Part shown: piece after piece, positions 45,929-55,187 of the stretch
Layout of the letters: each line of letters opens with the position of its first letter
Numbering within the stretch: the stretch's first letter is position 1
Source: an uncultured Actinomycetes bacterium
Lineage (GTDB): Bacteria; Actinomycetota; UBA4738; HRBIN12
DNA: 64,000 nt
Direction: 5' to 3'
NCBI GenBank assembly: GCA_964535065.1
Contig: CAZHRY010000001.1
Span: forward strand, 43,159-107,158
Program-made: the position numbers and the translations under genes
Notes under the pieces: generated by a model
Database searches by the model: none
Told to the model about the DNA's origin: nothing
The model's input: the letters and a program-made list of their open reading frames with translations, nothing else

Positions 45929-46824
45929 CCATCCCCTCCTGCGCCTGCAACAGGCGTGAGTTCCGTGTCTTCGAATACCTCGCGCACTCCCTCGCCAAGC
46001 GTCCTGGCCGACCTGACCCACAAGACTTCGGTGAGAATGACGGCGATCGAGGACACGACCAGCACCACCACCGCCACCGCCGGCATCTGGGGCAGCTGTC
46101 TGGGCAGTCGCAACTGGGAGTAGATGTACAGGGGAAACGTGGTCGTCTGTCCTGCTACGAACGAGGCCAGGACTATCTCGTCGAACGAGATCACGTAGCT
46201 CAGGACGAACGACGAGACCACGGCGGGTGCGAGCAGGGGGAACGTGACCGACCGGAACGCGACCCACCATCCGGCACCTAAGTCGCGGGCCGCCTCTTCC
46301 AGCGCGACAGGGATCCGCTCGAGGCGCGGGATGATCGTCAGGACGGCGAACGGCAGGGCTATGACCACGTGCGCGATGATGAGTGTGATCGCCCCGAACT
46401 CGAACGGGATGCCTGCGGGCTCTAGGACGTAGACCTTGACGTAGTTGAACAGGATCAGCATCGCCGTTCCCAGGACGACCAGCGGGACGACCAGAGGTGC
46501 GAGCAGGAAGCCTGATGCGAGGCCCTTGCCGAAGAAGCGTCTCCGCTGCATCGCGATGGACGCGGGGATGGCGAGCGTCGTCGTGATGACACTGGCTATA
46601 GCCGCTATCCAAGCGCTGGTCTTCAAGGCGTTCATCAGCTCGCTGTTGTGGATGAACTCGGAATACCAGCGGGTGGTGAAGCCCTCCCACGGGAACGAGA
46701 CGAACTCCCTGTCGTTGAAGCTGAAGATCATCAGGATCAGGAGCGGTGCATACAGGAACAAGACGAGGATCCAGAAAACGATCCAAAGACCTGCCTTGCC
46801 ACCTCTGGATGCGGCCATGTTCAT
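45925..46824 (-). CDS. ABC transporter permease (PotC-like)
   Basis: 299 aa, 6 transmembrane segments, EAA loop LEEAARDLGAGWW. Confidence 0.8.
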   Translation of the reverse strand: MNMAASRGGKAGLWIVFWILVLFLYAPLLILMIFSFNDREFVSFPWEGFTTRWYSEFIHNSELMNALKTSAWIAAIASVITTTLAIPASIAMQRRRFFGKGLASGFLLAPLVVPLVVLGTAMLILFNYVKVYVLEPAGIPFEFGAITLIIAHVVIALPFAVLTIIPRLERIPVALEEAARDLGAGWWVAFRSVTFPLLAPAVVSSFVLSYVISFDEIVLASFVAGQTTTFPLYIYSQLRLPRQLPQMPAVAVVVLVVSSIAVILTEVLWVRSARTLGEGVREVFEDTELTPVAGAGGDG

Positions 46825-47741
46825 GCCGCCACGCTCCTGACGTTCAGGTAGCGGCCGAAAACCGCTAGCAGGATCGCTACGGCGAACACCAGGAACATCG
46901 CCATCGCCGAGCCGAACTGCCAGTCCAGCCCGAAGGTGAAGGCGCTCTGGATCGCGCTGCCGAACATGAAGCCCTTGGGTCCTCCCACGAGCTGTGGTGT
47001 GACGAACTCACCGATCGTCGGGATGAACACGAAGATGAACCCGGCGATCGCACCCGGGATCGACAGGGGGAACGTGATCGACCAGAAGGTACGCAGACGA
47101 GAGGCGCCCAGGTCCGAGCTGGCCTCAAGCAGCCTGACATCCATGCCCTCCAGCGCAACGAAGATAGGCAGAGCGACGAACGGCACCCACACGTAGCTGA
47201 GCACCACGTAGATGGCGAACTGGCTGTTGAAGAGCCATGAGATGGGTTGGTCCAGGACTCCCAGAGTGTCGACGAGGAACGTGTTGATGACGCCCTGCGG
47301 GTTGAGCAGGACACGCCATGCGAGGATCCTGAGCAGGTAGCTGGTCAGGAACGGAACCATGAGCACCAGGAGCAAGGTGTACTTGCGTGCCCCCGCAAGC
47401 AGGGCGAGCAGATAGGCGATGGGGTACGCGAGGATGAGGGTCGTGAAGGAGACGATCAGGGACATGCGAACCGACTTCCAGAACAGGCCCTTGCCGAGGA
47501 CGTGGAAGCCGCCCATGTACGTGTCGGAGAACAGGAAGTCCTTCCACGGCGTCACGGTCCACTCGGAGATGTCGTTGGGTGAGAGCCCCGAGACCCCGCC
47601 GACGCTGTAGACGGCTATCAGCACGACCGGAACCACGAAGAACCGACCTACCCAGCCGAGGGGTGCTGCGCGGATGGTCCTGGTGGCGGCGGCGCCCTTC
47701 GGACGCCGCCGCCGCACTCCGGTCACGTCGGTCGTGGTCAT
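46821..47741 (-). CDS. ABC transporter permease (PotB-like)
   Basis: 306 aa, 6 transmembrane segments, EAA loop LEASSDLGASRLRTFWSITFP. Confidence 0.8.
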   Translation of the reverse strand: MTTTDVTGVRRRRPKGAAATRTIRAAPLGWVGRFFVVPVVLIAVYSVGGVSGLSPNDISEWTVTPWKDFLFSDTYMGGFHVLGKGLFWKSVRMSLIVSFTTLILAYPIAYLLALLAGARKYTLLLVLMVPFLTSYLLRILAWRVLLNPQGVINTFLVDTLGVLDQPISWLFNSQFAIYVVLSYVWVPFVALPIFVALEGMDVRLLEASSDLGASRLRTFWSITFPLSIPGAIAGFIFVFIPTIGEFVTPQLVGGPKGFMFGSAIQSAFTFGLDWQFGSAMAMFLVFAVAILLAVFGRYLNVRSVAA

Positions 47742-48893
47742 CTAGCCGATCGACGCCTTCACCTCGTCCCAGGCTCGGTTGTACTTGTCGCGCTCAGGCT
47801 GATACCGGTCGAAATAGCTCGCCGGTTCGGCGAGGTTCGTCTCGGGGTCATCGAGGCCGAACACTTCGACGACCTCAGGATCGATGGCATCCAGGTCGAT
47901 GTTGGTGTTCGCATGCCCGTAGCCCCACGAACTCACCAACCGCTGGCCCACCTCCACGCTTGCCCAGGCGTCCGCGAACTCGTGCGCGTGGTAGTAGTTC
48001 TCCGTCTCGGACCTGAGCACCAGCCCCTCTGCCCATGAGAGGACCCCCTCCTTGGGCCTGCTGTAGTGCACGGGCACGTCTTCCTTCAGGACCACGAACG
48101 CATCCGGCCAGGCGTAGGTCGCCCACAGGTTCCCCTGGCGCACGTCATCCCACATCTGGGTGAAATCCACCCAGATGGAGTAGACGTTCTTCGCCTTCGA
48201 GATGCAGTAGTTCTTCGCCTCTTCCAGCTCCTCGTCCGTCATGAAGAACGTCTGATCTCCGGCGATGCCGAGGGTCAGCGCCGCCATCTGGATCACCCAG
48301 GGAGTGTCGAACCAACCGATGTGTCCCGCGTTGGCGTCATCGAAGATGTAGGAGTATGAGTTGATGCTTGGATCCACGTGGTCGCTGCGGATCAGCACAC
48401 CCGAATAGCCCCAGTCGGTGACGATCTCGTACTGGTCTTCGCCGATCCGTCCGTGCTGCTCCAGCACATCCGTGAGTTGAGAGAAGTTGGGGATCAGCGA
48501 AGTGTCCCAGGGCTGCAAGGCCCTCATGTTCACGTAGTCCTGGATGTATCCGGTCTCGGGGTGAGTGATGTCCCACTCGAAACCCCCTTGGGTCTTCGCG
48601 ATGACCCCCTCGGTGTTCGTGAGGAAGGAGAACTTGGGGTCCGGATACCCCTTCTCGGCGTACTGCTTCCAGATCCACTTGGCCTCATAGCCCGACCACT
48701 CGTGGATGGCGAGCACACCCGGCTCTTCCTCGATCGGCGGTCGCTGGGTCGTTGTCGTGCCGCCTCCAGGCGAAGTCGCGGTGGTCTCCTTCCGGCACGC
48801 CGCCAGCACACCCATCCCGCCTACCGCGGCCATGCCCTTCAGGAACTGCCTGCGGCTCGCGGCGTTGCTTAGCACCGCATCGAATTGACCCAT
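47742..48893 (-). CDS. polyamine-type ABC substrate-binding protein (PotD/PotF-like)
   Basis: Start at MGQFDAV... with the Tat-like signal SRRQFLKGMAAVGGMGVLAAC (lipobox) and an AGGAGGG ribosome-binding site. The ORF-track N-terminal extension is rejected. Confidence 0.8.
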   Translation of the reverse strand: MGQFDAVLSNAASRRQFLKGMAAVGGMGVLAACRKETTATSPGGGTTTTQRPPIEEEPGVLAIHEWSGYEAKWIWKQYAEKGYPDPKFSFLTNTEGVIAKTQGGFEWDITHPETGYIQDYVNMRALQPWDTSLIPNFSQLTDVLEQHGRIGEDQYEIVTDWGYSGVLIRSDHVDPSINSYSYIFDDANAGHIGWFDTPWVIQMAALTLGIAGDQTFFMTDEELEEAKNYCISKAKNVYSIWVDFTQMWDDVRQGNLWATYAWPDAFVVLKEDVPVHYSRPKEGVLSWAEGLVLRSETENYYHAHEFADAWASVEVGQRLVSSWGYGHANTNIDLDAIDPEVVEVFGLDDPETNLAEPASYFDRYQPERDKYNRAWDEVKASIG

Positions 48894-49004
48894 GGGATCT
48901 CCCTCCTCCTGCTCCCCCGTCGCCCCTCGACCCGCGGATGATGTCGTGCTAGCTCGGGTTGTGCAAGCCGAGTTGCGCTGGACGGTACCTGGGAACATCT
49001 GAGC

Positions 49005-50264
49005 ATGACCGACTTCTGGCACCCATTCGCTGACATGGCGTCGATCGAGGCTGGCGGTGAACTGACGGTCTCGCGCGGTGAGGGCAGCCACATCTGGGAC
49101 TCGGATGGACGGCGCTACCTGGATGCGACCGCCGGGCTCTGGTACTGCAACGTGGGTCACGGGCGGGTCGAGATAGCCGACGCGGTTAGCAGGCAGCTGA
49201 CCGAGCTCGAGGCCTACTCCTGCTTCCAGGACCTGACGAATCCGCCGACCGCCGCTCTGGCCGAACGGGTGGCGGCGCTCGCGCCGGTTCCCGGGTCGAA
49301 GGTGTTCTTCACCAGCGGTGGCTCGGACTCGATCGACACCGCCACCAAGATCGTGCTGAGGCACTGGTCCCTGGTCGGCGAGCCGCAGAGGACCGTGCTC
49401 ATCCGGAGGGAGCGCGCCTACCACGGCATGCACACGGCCGGGACGTCGCTCGCGGGCATCCCGGCCAACCTGGAGGGGTATGGAGGCCTGCTCCGCGACG
49501 TGGTGGAGGTGCCCTGGGACGACGCGGAGGCGCTTCGCGAGGCGATCGAACGGATCGGGCCGGACAGGGTCGCCGCCTTCTTCTGCGAACCGGTCATCGG
49601 GGCGGGTGGGGTGTTCCCGCCGCCGGATGGCTACCTGGAAGCGGCGCGGCTGGTGTGTCGCGAGACGGGCGCGCTGTTCATCGCCGATGAGGTCATCACC
49701 GGGTTCGGCCGGTGCGGTGAGTGGTTCGCCAGTTCCAGGTGGAACCTGGAGCCCGACCTGATCACATGCGCGAAGGGCATCACCAGCGGGTACCTACCCC
49801 TGGGAGCCGTGATAGCCGCGCCGCGGGTGTGGGAGCCTTTCTGGAAGAAGGAGGCCGGCATGTTCCGCCACGGCTACACCTACACCGGGCACGCCGCCGT
49901 CTCGGCGGCCGCGTTGGCCAACCTCGACATCATCGAACACGAAGGACTGCTCGAACGCGCCGGGCAGCTTGAAAGGGAGCTTGCGGCGGCCCTGGCGCCG
50001 CTGGAGCGGAAGGCCCTGGTGAGCGAGGTTCGCCGTGGAACCGGCGTCCTGGCGGCGGTGCAGGTCGATGGGGACGCGCTGGCCGCCGACCCTTCCCTGC
50101 TGGGTCGCGTGGTGCCTGCGTGCCGAAGGAACGGCGTTATGACCAGGATCCTTGCGACCGGAGCGATCCAGGTGTCGCCCCCTCTGATCCTGGACGGCGA
50201 AGGCCTGGATGAGCTGGCCGGGGGCCTGGAGGCGGCCATCGACGAGATGGAGGCGGGGTCGTGA
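49005..50264 (+). CDS. class III (omega) aminotransferase, putrescine--pyruvate aminotransferase SpuC-like
   Basis: WHPFADMASIEAGGELTVSRGEGSHIWDSDGRRYLDATAGLWYCNVGHGR and IADEVITGFGRCGEWF...CAKGITSGYLPLGAV (PLP Lys) are collinear with P. aeruginosa SpuC. Confidence 0.85.
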   Translation: MTDFWHPFADMASIEAGGELTVSRGEGSHIWDSDGRRYLDATAGLWYCNVGHGRVEIADAVSRQLTELEAYSCFQDLTNPPTAALAERVAALAPVPGSKVFFTSGGSDSIDTATKIVLRHWSLVGEPQRTVLIRRERAYHGMHTAGTSLAGIPANLEGYGGLLRDVVEVPWDDAEALREAIERIGPDRVAAFFCEPVIGAGGVFPPPDGYLEAARLVCRETGALFIADEVITGFGRCGEWFASSRWNLEPDLITCAKGITSGYLPLGAVIAAPRVWEPFWKKEAGMFRHGYTYTGHAAVSAAALANLDIIEHEGLLERAGQLERELAAALAPLERKALVSEVRRGTGVLAAVQVDGDALAADPSLLGRVVPACRRNGVMTRILATGAIQVSPPLILDGEGLDELAGGLEAAIDEMEAGS

Positions 50265-51376
50265 TCGTAGGTATACCCACCGAGGTCAAGAACCACGAGT
50301 ACCGGGTGGCCGCCACACCGGAGGGTGTGCGGGAGCTGGTTCACGCGGGTCACAGGGTTGTGGTCGAGGCAGGGGCCGGGCTTGGCTCCGCCATCACCGA
50401 CGAGCAGTACGCGGCTGCCGGTGCCGAGGTCCTGCCGGATGCGGACTCGGTGTTCGCTGCCGCTGAGCTGATCGTGAAGGTGAAGGAACCGCAGGCGGAA
50501 GAGTACGAGCGGTTCCGTTCCGACCACATCTTGTTCACCTATCTGCATCTGGCTGCCGACGAGGGCTTGACCAAGTTCCTCGTGGAACGCGGTCTCCGCG
50601 CAGTGGCCTACGAGACGGTGCAGACGCCGGACGGGCACCTGCCGCTCCTGGCGCCCATGTCCGAGATCGCGGGTCGTATGGCTCCCCAGGTCGGCGCCAA
50701 GGCCTTGGAGAAGCCGCAGGGCGGCCGCGGCGTCTTGATGGGGGGAGCATCGGGCGTGCTCCCCGCCAAGGTGGTCGTGCTCGGTGGCGGCATGGCCGGC
50801 TGGAACGCCGCCGAGATCGCAGCGGGCATGCAGGCTGAGGTCGTCGTCGTGGACAAGAACGTGGACCGGCTGCGTGAGATAGACCGGATCTGGCACGGGC
50901 GGATCCAGACGGTCATGTCGTCTCGCCTTGCCATCGAGCACCTCGTGCTCGGCGCGGACCTGGTGATCGGTGCCGTGCTGGTTCCCGGCGCCCGGGCGCC
51001 CCACCTGGTGACGGAGGACACGGTCAAGGCGATGCGCCCGGGCGCCGTCTTGGTCGACATCTCGATCGACCAGGGGGGCTGCTTCGAGACCTCGCACGTG
51101 ACCATGCACGCGGACCCCACCTACGTGCTGCACGATGTCGTCCACTACTGCGTCGGGAACATGCCCGGCGCGGTGCCGCGGACCTCCACATATGCGCTGA
51201 CCAACGTGACCCTTCCCTACGTCGCAGCGATCGCCGGGAAGGGGCTCGAGGGCGCCGTTCGCTCGGATCCTGCCCTCTCCTTGGGTGTGAACGTCTGGGA
51301 CGGGCGGGTGACGAACGCTGGGGTGGCCGAGGCTACGGGCCTCGAGGCCTCGGAGCTGGCCGAGGTATTGACTTAG
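50261..51376 (+). CDS. ald: alanine dehydrogenase
   Basis: [23 protein letters not shown]... almost collinear with the M. tuberculosis Ald N-terminus. NAD motif [13 protein letters not shown] start overlaps the spuC-like stop (GTGA). Confidence 0.9.
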   Translation: MIVGIPTEVKNHEYRVAATPEGVRELVHAGHRVVVEAGAGLGSAITDEQYAAAGAEVLPDADSVFAAAELIVKVKEPQAEEYERFRSDHILFTYLHLAADEGLTKFLVERGLRAVAYETVQTPDGHLPLLAPMSEIAGRMAPQVGAKALEKPQGGRGVLMGGASGVLPAKVVVLGGGMAGWNAAEIAAGMQAEVVVVDKNVDRLREIDRIWHGRIQTVMSSRLAIEHLVLGADLVIGAVLVPGARAPHLVTEDTVKAMRPGAVLVDISIDQGGCFETSHVTMHADPTYVLHDVVHYCVGNMPGAVPRTSTYALTNVTLPYVAAIAGKGLEGAVRSDPALSLGVNVWDGRVTNAGVAEATGLEASELAEVLT

Positions 51377-51397
51377 CTAACCAAGATGACTTAGTCT
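51368..51397 (+). promoter_or_regulatory. putative promoter/operator of the TA operon: -35 TTGACT, -10 TAGTCT, direct repeat TGACTTAG x2
   Basis: TTGACTtagctaaccaagaTGACTTAGTCTtgtcgcgATG. The -10 ends about 8 nt before the antitoxin ATG, suggesting a leaderless transcript. Repeats at 51369-51376 and 51387-51394. Confidence 0.4.
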
Positions 51398-51404
51398 TGT
51401 CGCG

Positions 51405-51668
51405 ATGGCTACGGCTGAAGAGATCGCGCACCTGGAGACAGTCAACGTCCACGAGGCCAAGACCCACCTTTCTCGCCTGCTCGAGCGCGTCGAGAGGGGC
51501 GAGGAGGTGGTCATCGCTCGTGCGGGCAAGCCGGTCGCGAAGCTTGTGCCGATCGAGCCGAAGGGCCGTCGCGGGCTCCTGGGCAAGTACAAAGGTCAGA
51601 TCTGGATGTCGGAGGACTTCGACGACCCGCTCCCCTGGCAGATCTTCCCGGGGTTCCCGCTCGAGTGA
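51405..51668 (+). CDS. type II antitoxin, Phd/YefM family
   Basis: [37 protein letters not shown] is the classic Phd/YefM N-terminus. 87 aa. Confidence 0.8.
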   Translation: MATAEEIAHLETVNVHEAKTHLSRLLERVERGEEVVIARAGKPVAKLVPIEPKGRRGLLGKYKGQIWMSEDFDDPLPWQIFPGFPLE

Positions 51669-52054
51669 GGCTCCTACTCGACTCTCATGCCTTCCTGTGG
51701 CATCTGCTGGACGACGAACGCCTGCCCCGGGAGATGAAGGATCTGGTGGAGGATCCGGGAGTGCACGTGGCTGTCAGCGTGACGACCCAGTGGGAGCTCA
51801 TGCTCAAAGCCCTCGCTGGCCGGCTGCGCATCCCAGATGTGCCGGAGCGGTTCTTGATAGACCTTCCCTTGGACGAGGGCCTCAGAGTCATCCACATACA
51901 ACCCCGCCACGTCGCCGCCCTTGCCGAGCTGCCCCAGATCCACGCGGACCCCTTCGATCGGATGCTCGTGGCGCAGGCTCTCGTCGAGGATCTTGACCTG
52001 GTGACCGGAGACGAGACGCTTCGTCGCTACCCGGTCAGAACCCTCTGGGACTGA
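51665..52054 (+). CDS. vapC: type II toxin, VapC (PIN domain RNase)
   Basis: [12 protein letters not shown] (PIN acidic residue D6), with further acidic residues downstream. 129 aa. The start overlaps the antitoxin stop. Confidence 0.8.
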   Translation: MRLLLDSHAFLWHLLDDERLPREMKDLVEDPGVHVAVSVTTQWELMLKALAGRLRIPDVPERFLIDLPLDEGLRVIHIQPRHVAALAELPQIHADPFDRMLVAQALVEDLDLVTGDETLRRYPVRTLWD

Positions 52055-52113
52055 CGATCGGCTCACGCACCCCGCTGGACGCGCGCTAGGCTTCCGATCC
52101 CAAGGAGGTGCCG

Positions 52114-52551
52114 ATGGATAAGGGCGAACTGCTTCGGCGTGAAGAAGAGGCATGGGCCAGGTTGCAGGCTGCGATCGCGCAGGTGCCGGAGGGTCGCAGG
52201 ACCGAGCCCGGGGTCGTGCCTGGATGGTCGGTCCAGGATCTGGTGTGGCACTGCGGCAAGTGGGCCGACTACGTGGCCGGGGAGCTCGAGGCCATAGCGT
52301 CCGGCGGCCCTCAGGACGGTGACCACGACGACGCCTACTGGGACGGGCTGAACGAGGCGATCGCGCAGGAAGCCAGGACCATGACCTGGGCGGACGTGAT
52401 GGCGGGCGCAACCGGGATGCGGGAACGGGCGCGGGGAGCGCTTGAAGCCATGGCCGAGATACCCGAAGAGGCTGCGCAGGAGTTCTCCGACGAGACCTTC
52501 GCGCATTACGAGGAGCATGCAGCCGAGATAGCCAGCTTCGCGGGTAGCTAG
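52114..52551 (+). CDS. hypothetical four-helix-bundle protein (DinB/ClbS-DfsB-like)
   Basis: WSVQDLVWHCGKWADYVAGELEAI resembles the DinB_2/ClbS family. AAGGAGG ribosome-binding site 9 nt upstream of the ATG. Convergent CTAG overlap with rbsK. Confidence 0.45.
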   Translation: MDKGELLRREEEAWARLQAAIAQVPEGRRTEPGVVPGWSVQDLVWHCGKWADYVAGELEAIASGGPQDGDHDDAYWDGLNEAIAQEARTMTWADVMAGATGMRERARGALEAMAEIPEEAAQEFSDETFAHYEEHAAEIASFAGS

Positions 52552-53432
52552 GGAGCTTCCCCTGTGTGAGGGGCGCCGCGCGCGCCGGCGACCGTGACCG
52601 ACAGGGTCGCCGCTTCGACGGCGCGCGCGGCGCCCCCCTCCAGGTCCATCCCCTCCCAGAGCGCAGCTGCGAGCGCGCCGTTCAGGCAGTCTCCCGCTCC
52701 CGTCGTGTCCACCACCTCGACTTCCGGAGCGGCGATCGGGGTCGCTTCGCCCCCATGAACGAGGAGCGCTCCTTTGGGGCCGAGGGTTACCAGGATCGCC
52801 AGCCCTTGGATCCGCGACGCGAGCGCCAGCGCCGCCTCCTCGGCGTTCTGGTGCCCGGGGGACAACTCGGTGAGCTCGTCCCTGTTCGGCGTAGCGACGA
52901 GGGCCCCGTCGAGCAGGTTCCGCAGCCGGGGCGAAGAGGGGGCCGGGTTCACGATGAAGCCGACGCCGTTCTCGCGGCACCAGCGCGTGGCGGATGAGAG
53001 GGCGGCGTAGGGGACCTCGCAGCTCATGAGGACGAGCGACGGTGCGAGAACGGCCAGCGGCTCGGCGGGGTCGAAGGTCCAGTTGTTGGCCCCCGGTGCG
53101 ACGGCGATCTGGTTCTCGCCCTTGGCGTCGACAGCTATCAGCGCCACTCCGGTGGGCTCGGCCTGGACCTGCACCGAGGACACGTCGATACCCTCGGTTC
53201 GAAGCGCCTCAACTGCCTCCTTCCCGAGGGCGTCGTCGCCCACCGCGCCGATCATCGCGACGTGCGCCCCGGCACGCGCCGCCGCGACAGCCTGATTCCC
53301 ACCTTTGCCGCCGTGATGGGTGGCGAACGAGCCTCCGACCACCGTCTGCCCCGGCCTGGGCAAGGCGGCCCCGGAGATCACCAGGTCTTCGTTTATCGCG
53401 CCGAGGACGGCCAGGGGACCGTGACGGCTCAT
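52548..53432 (-). CDS. rbsK: ribokinase
   Basis: GGKGGNQAVAAARAG, DTTGAGDCLNGALAAAL and an anion-hole region. 294 aa from MSRHGPLAVLGAINEDL. The ATG overlaps the nucleoside hydrolase stop (ATGA). The ORF-track 550-aa version is a frame run-on. Confidence 0.85.
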   Translation of the reverse strand: MSRHGPLAVLGAINEDLVISGAALPRPGQTVVGGSFATHHGGKGGNQAVAAARAGAHVAMIGAVGDDALGKEAVEALRTEGIDVSSVQVQAEPTGVALIAVDAKGENQIAVAPGANNWTFDPAEPLAVLAPSLVLMSCEVPYAALSSATRWCRENGVGFIVNPAPSSPRLRNLLDGALVATPNRDELTELSPGHQNAEEAALALASRIQGLAILVTLGPKGALLVHGGEATPIAAPEVEVVDTTGAGDCLNGALAAALWEGMDLEGGAARAVEAATLSVTVAGARGAPHTGEAP

Positions 53433-54421
53433 GCTCGGGCCTCGACCAGACCGCGAAGCCTCTCGACCATCAGCGTCACCACTGCGGGTGCATCGACCGA
53501 GGTAGCCACGCATGCGTTGTCTTGTTCCGTCCAGTCGGACCAAGGGCTCGTGCGGATCCCGAGCAGGTCGGTCACGGTCTCCCCGCGAGTGAAGCGGCCG
53601 TCCAGCTCGACCTCGACGCGCGTCATGGCCCAGGTGCAGAGCGCAGGGTTCAACGCCGCCGCGAGCGCGAGCGGGTCGTGCATGCACGCGCCCTCGTACC
53701 GGCCGGTCGACGCGTAGAAGTCGGCGTAGGAGCTGACCGATCCTTGGATCAGCCGAGCCAGCTCGGAGCCGGGAGCCGGAGCGCAGATGGCGTCGACGTC
53801 CTTCTGCGAGAGCCACACCTGCTCCGTCACGTCCAGCCCGAGGCAGCGAGGCAGCTTCGACGGCCCTGCCCCGGACCAGGATGCGAACACGCGCGATGCG
53901 GCATCCGCGTCCATCCATACGTTCGCCTCGGCGCGAGGAGTGACGTTGCCCCCTTCGCGGAAGGCACCGCCCATCAGCGTGTAGCCGCCGAGCAGCTCCG
54001 GCAGCAGCGGTTCCCGTTCGACGGCCGTGGCGACGTTCGTGAGCGGGCCCGTGGAAACGAGGAAGACCTCGCCGGGCCGGCGGCGCGCCTCCTCCACGAT
54101 CAACGTCGCCGCATCGCGGGCCGACGGCGTGCCGGCCGGCTCCCCGGGCGTGAACGCTCCCAGTCCCTCCGCCCCGTGGACGATCTCGAAGGCCTTCCAA
54201 TCCTGGACCAGCGGCCGCTCGGCCCCGCGTGCTACTTCGACCCGTTTCAGGCCGGCCAGCTCCAGCACGAGGAGGGAGTTCCTGACCACCTTGTCCAAGT
54301 GGACGTTGCCGGTCACGCAGGTGACACCCACGAGTTCGACCTCCGGAGAGGCGGCGGCGAGGAGCAACGCCACCAGGTCGTCCACCCCCGTGTCGACGTC
54401 CATGATGACCGGCATGGGCAT
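53429..54421 (-). CDS. nucleoside hydrolase (inosine-uridine-preferring IUNH family)
   Basis: VIMDVDTGVDDLVALLLA (DxDxxxDD Ca-binding motif). 330 aa. Confidence 0.85.
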   Translation of the reverse strand: MPMPVIMDVDTGVDDLVALLLAAASPEVELVGVTCVTGNVHLDKVVRNSLLVLELAGLKRVEVARGAERPLVQDWKAFEIVHGAEGLGAFTPGEPAGTPSARDAATLIVEEARRRPGEVFLVSTGPLTNVATAVEREPLLPELLGGYTLMGGAFREGGNVTPRAEANVWMDADAASRVFASWSGAGPSKLPRCLGLDVTEQVWLSQKDVDAICAPAPGSELARLIQGSVSSYADFYASTGRYEGACMHDPLALAAALNPALCTWAMTRVEVELDGRFTRGETVTDLLGIRTSPWSDWTEQDNACVATSVDAPAVVTLMVERLRGLVEARA

Positions 54422-54498
54422 GGCCCGAACCTTAGTCGCTGCGATCCGCGGGCGAACCCGCCTGAGTCATGGCTGAAGGAGCCGGCGGGAAGCCGCGC

Positions 54499-55128
54499 TC
54501 AGGTGCCCAGCCCGCCGTCGTAGCCGATCAGGCGCTTGGCCACGTCGCTCGCGATCTCCTTCATCTTGTCCGGCGTCATGCGCGTGTCGTTCAGCATGAC
54601 CTGGATCGCGAGGCCGTCGATGATGGCACCTAGCTGGAGCGCCAGATCGTCGGCATCCTTGCCGTCGGCCGGGAATTCACCCGTCTGGCGGCCGTACCTG
54701 ATCACGTCGGCGATCGACTGGACCCACCGGCGGTCCAGGGACTCCCGCTCCTTGGCCAGGTCGGGATCGCGGAGGGCGCGGACCCAGATCTCGAGCCAGA
54801 GCGCCCATTCGTCCAGCAGCGAATACTCCGGGAGCAGCCCCGGCACCGACAGCTCCAGCAGCCGCGCGAGCCTCTCCTTCGCGGAAGTCATGCGCCGCAT
54901 CTCGCGCGACACCCGGAGATAGAACTGGTCGTTCGTGTAAGTCAGGGCCTCCACCAGGAGCCTGTCCTTGGATTCGAAGTAGTAGAGGATCAGGCCGGGT
55001 GAGACCCCGCAGCGCTCGGCGATGTCCTGGATCCGGGTCTCGGCCATCCCCCTCTCGGTGATGACGGCCGAAGCCGCTTCCAGGATCTCCTGGTGGCGGT
55101 CCCTCTGCCTCTGCCTCGCCTTCGCCAT
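54499..55128 (-). CDS. TetR/AcrR family transcriptional regulator
   Basis: HTH region ILEAASAVITERGMAETRIQDIAERCGVSPGLILYYFESKDRLL. Divergent from the CrtI-like oxidoreductase gene. Confidence 0.8.
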   Translation of the reverse strand: MAKARQRQRDRHQEILEAASAVITERGMAETRIQDIAERCGVSPGLILYYFESKDRLLVEALTYTNDQFYLRVSREMRRMTSAKERLARLLELSVPGLLPEYSLLDEWALWLEIWVRALRDPDLAKERESLDRRWVQSIADVIRYGRQTGEFPADGKDADDLALQLGAIIDGLAIQVMLNDTRMTPDKMKEIASDVAKRLIGYDGGLGT

Positions 55129-55187
55129 CCTGCTCTCCTTGAACGCCGTACAGGTATCGGCCCTTCACAGCCCGTTCCTGTATGCCC

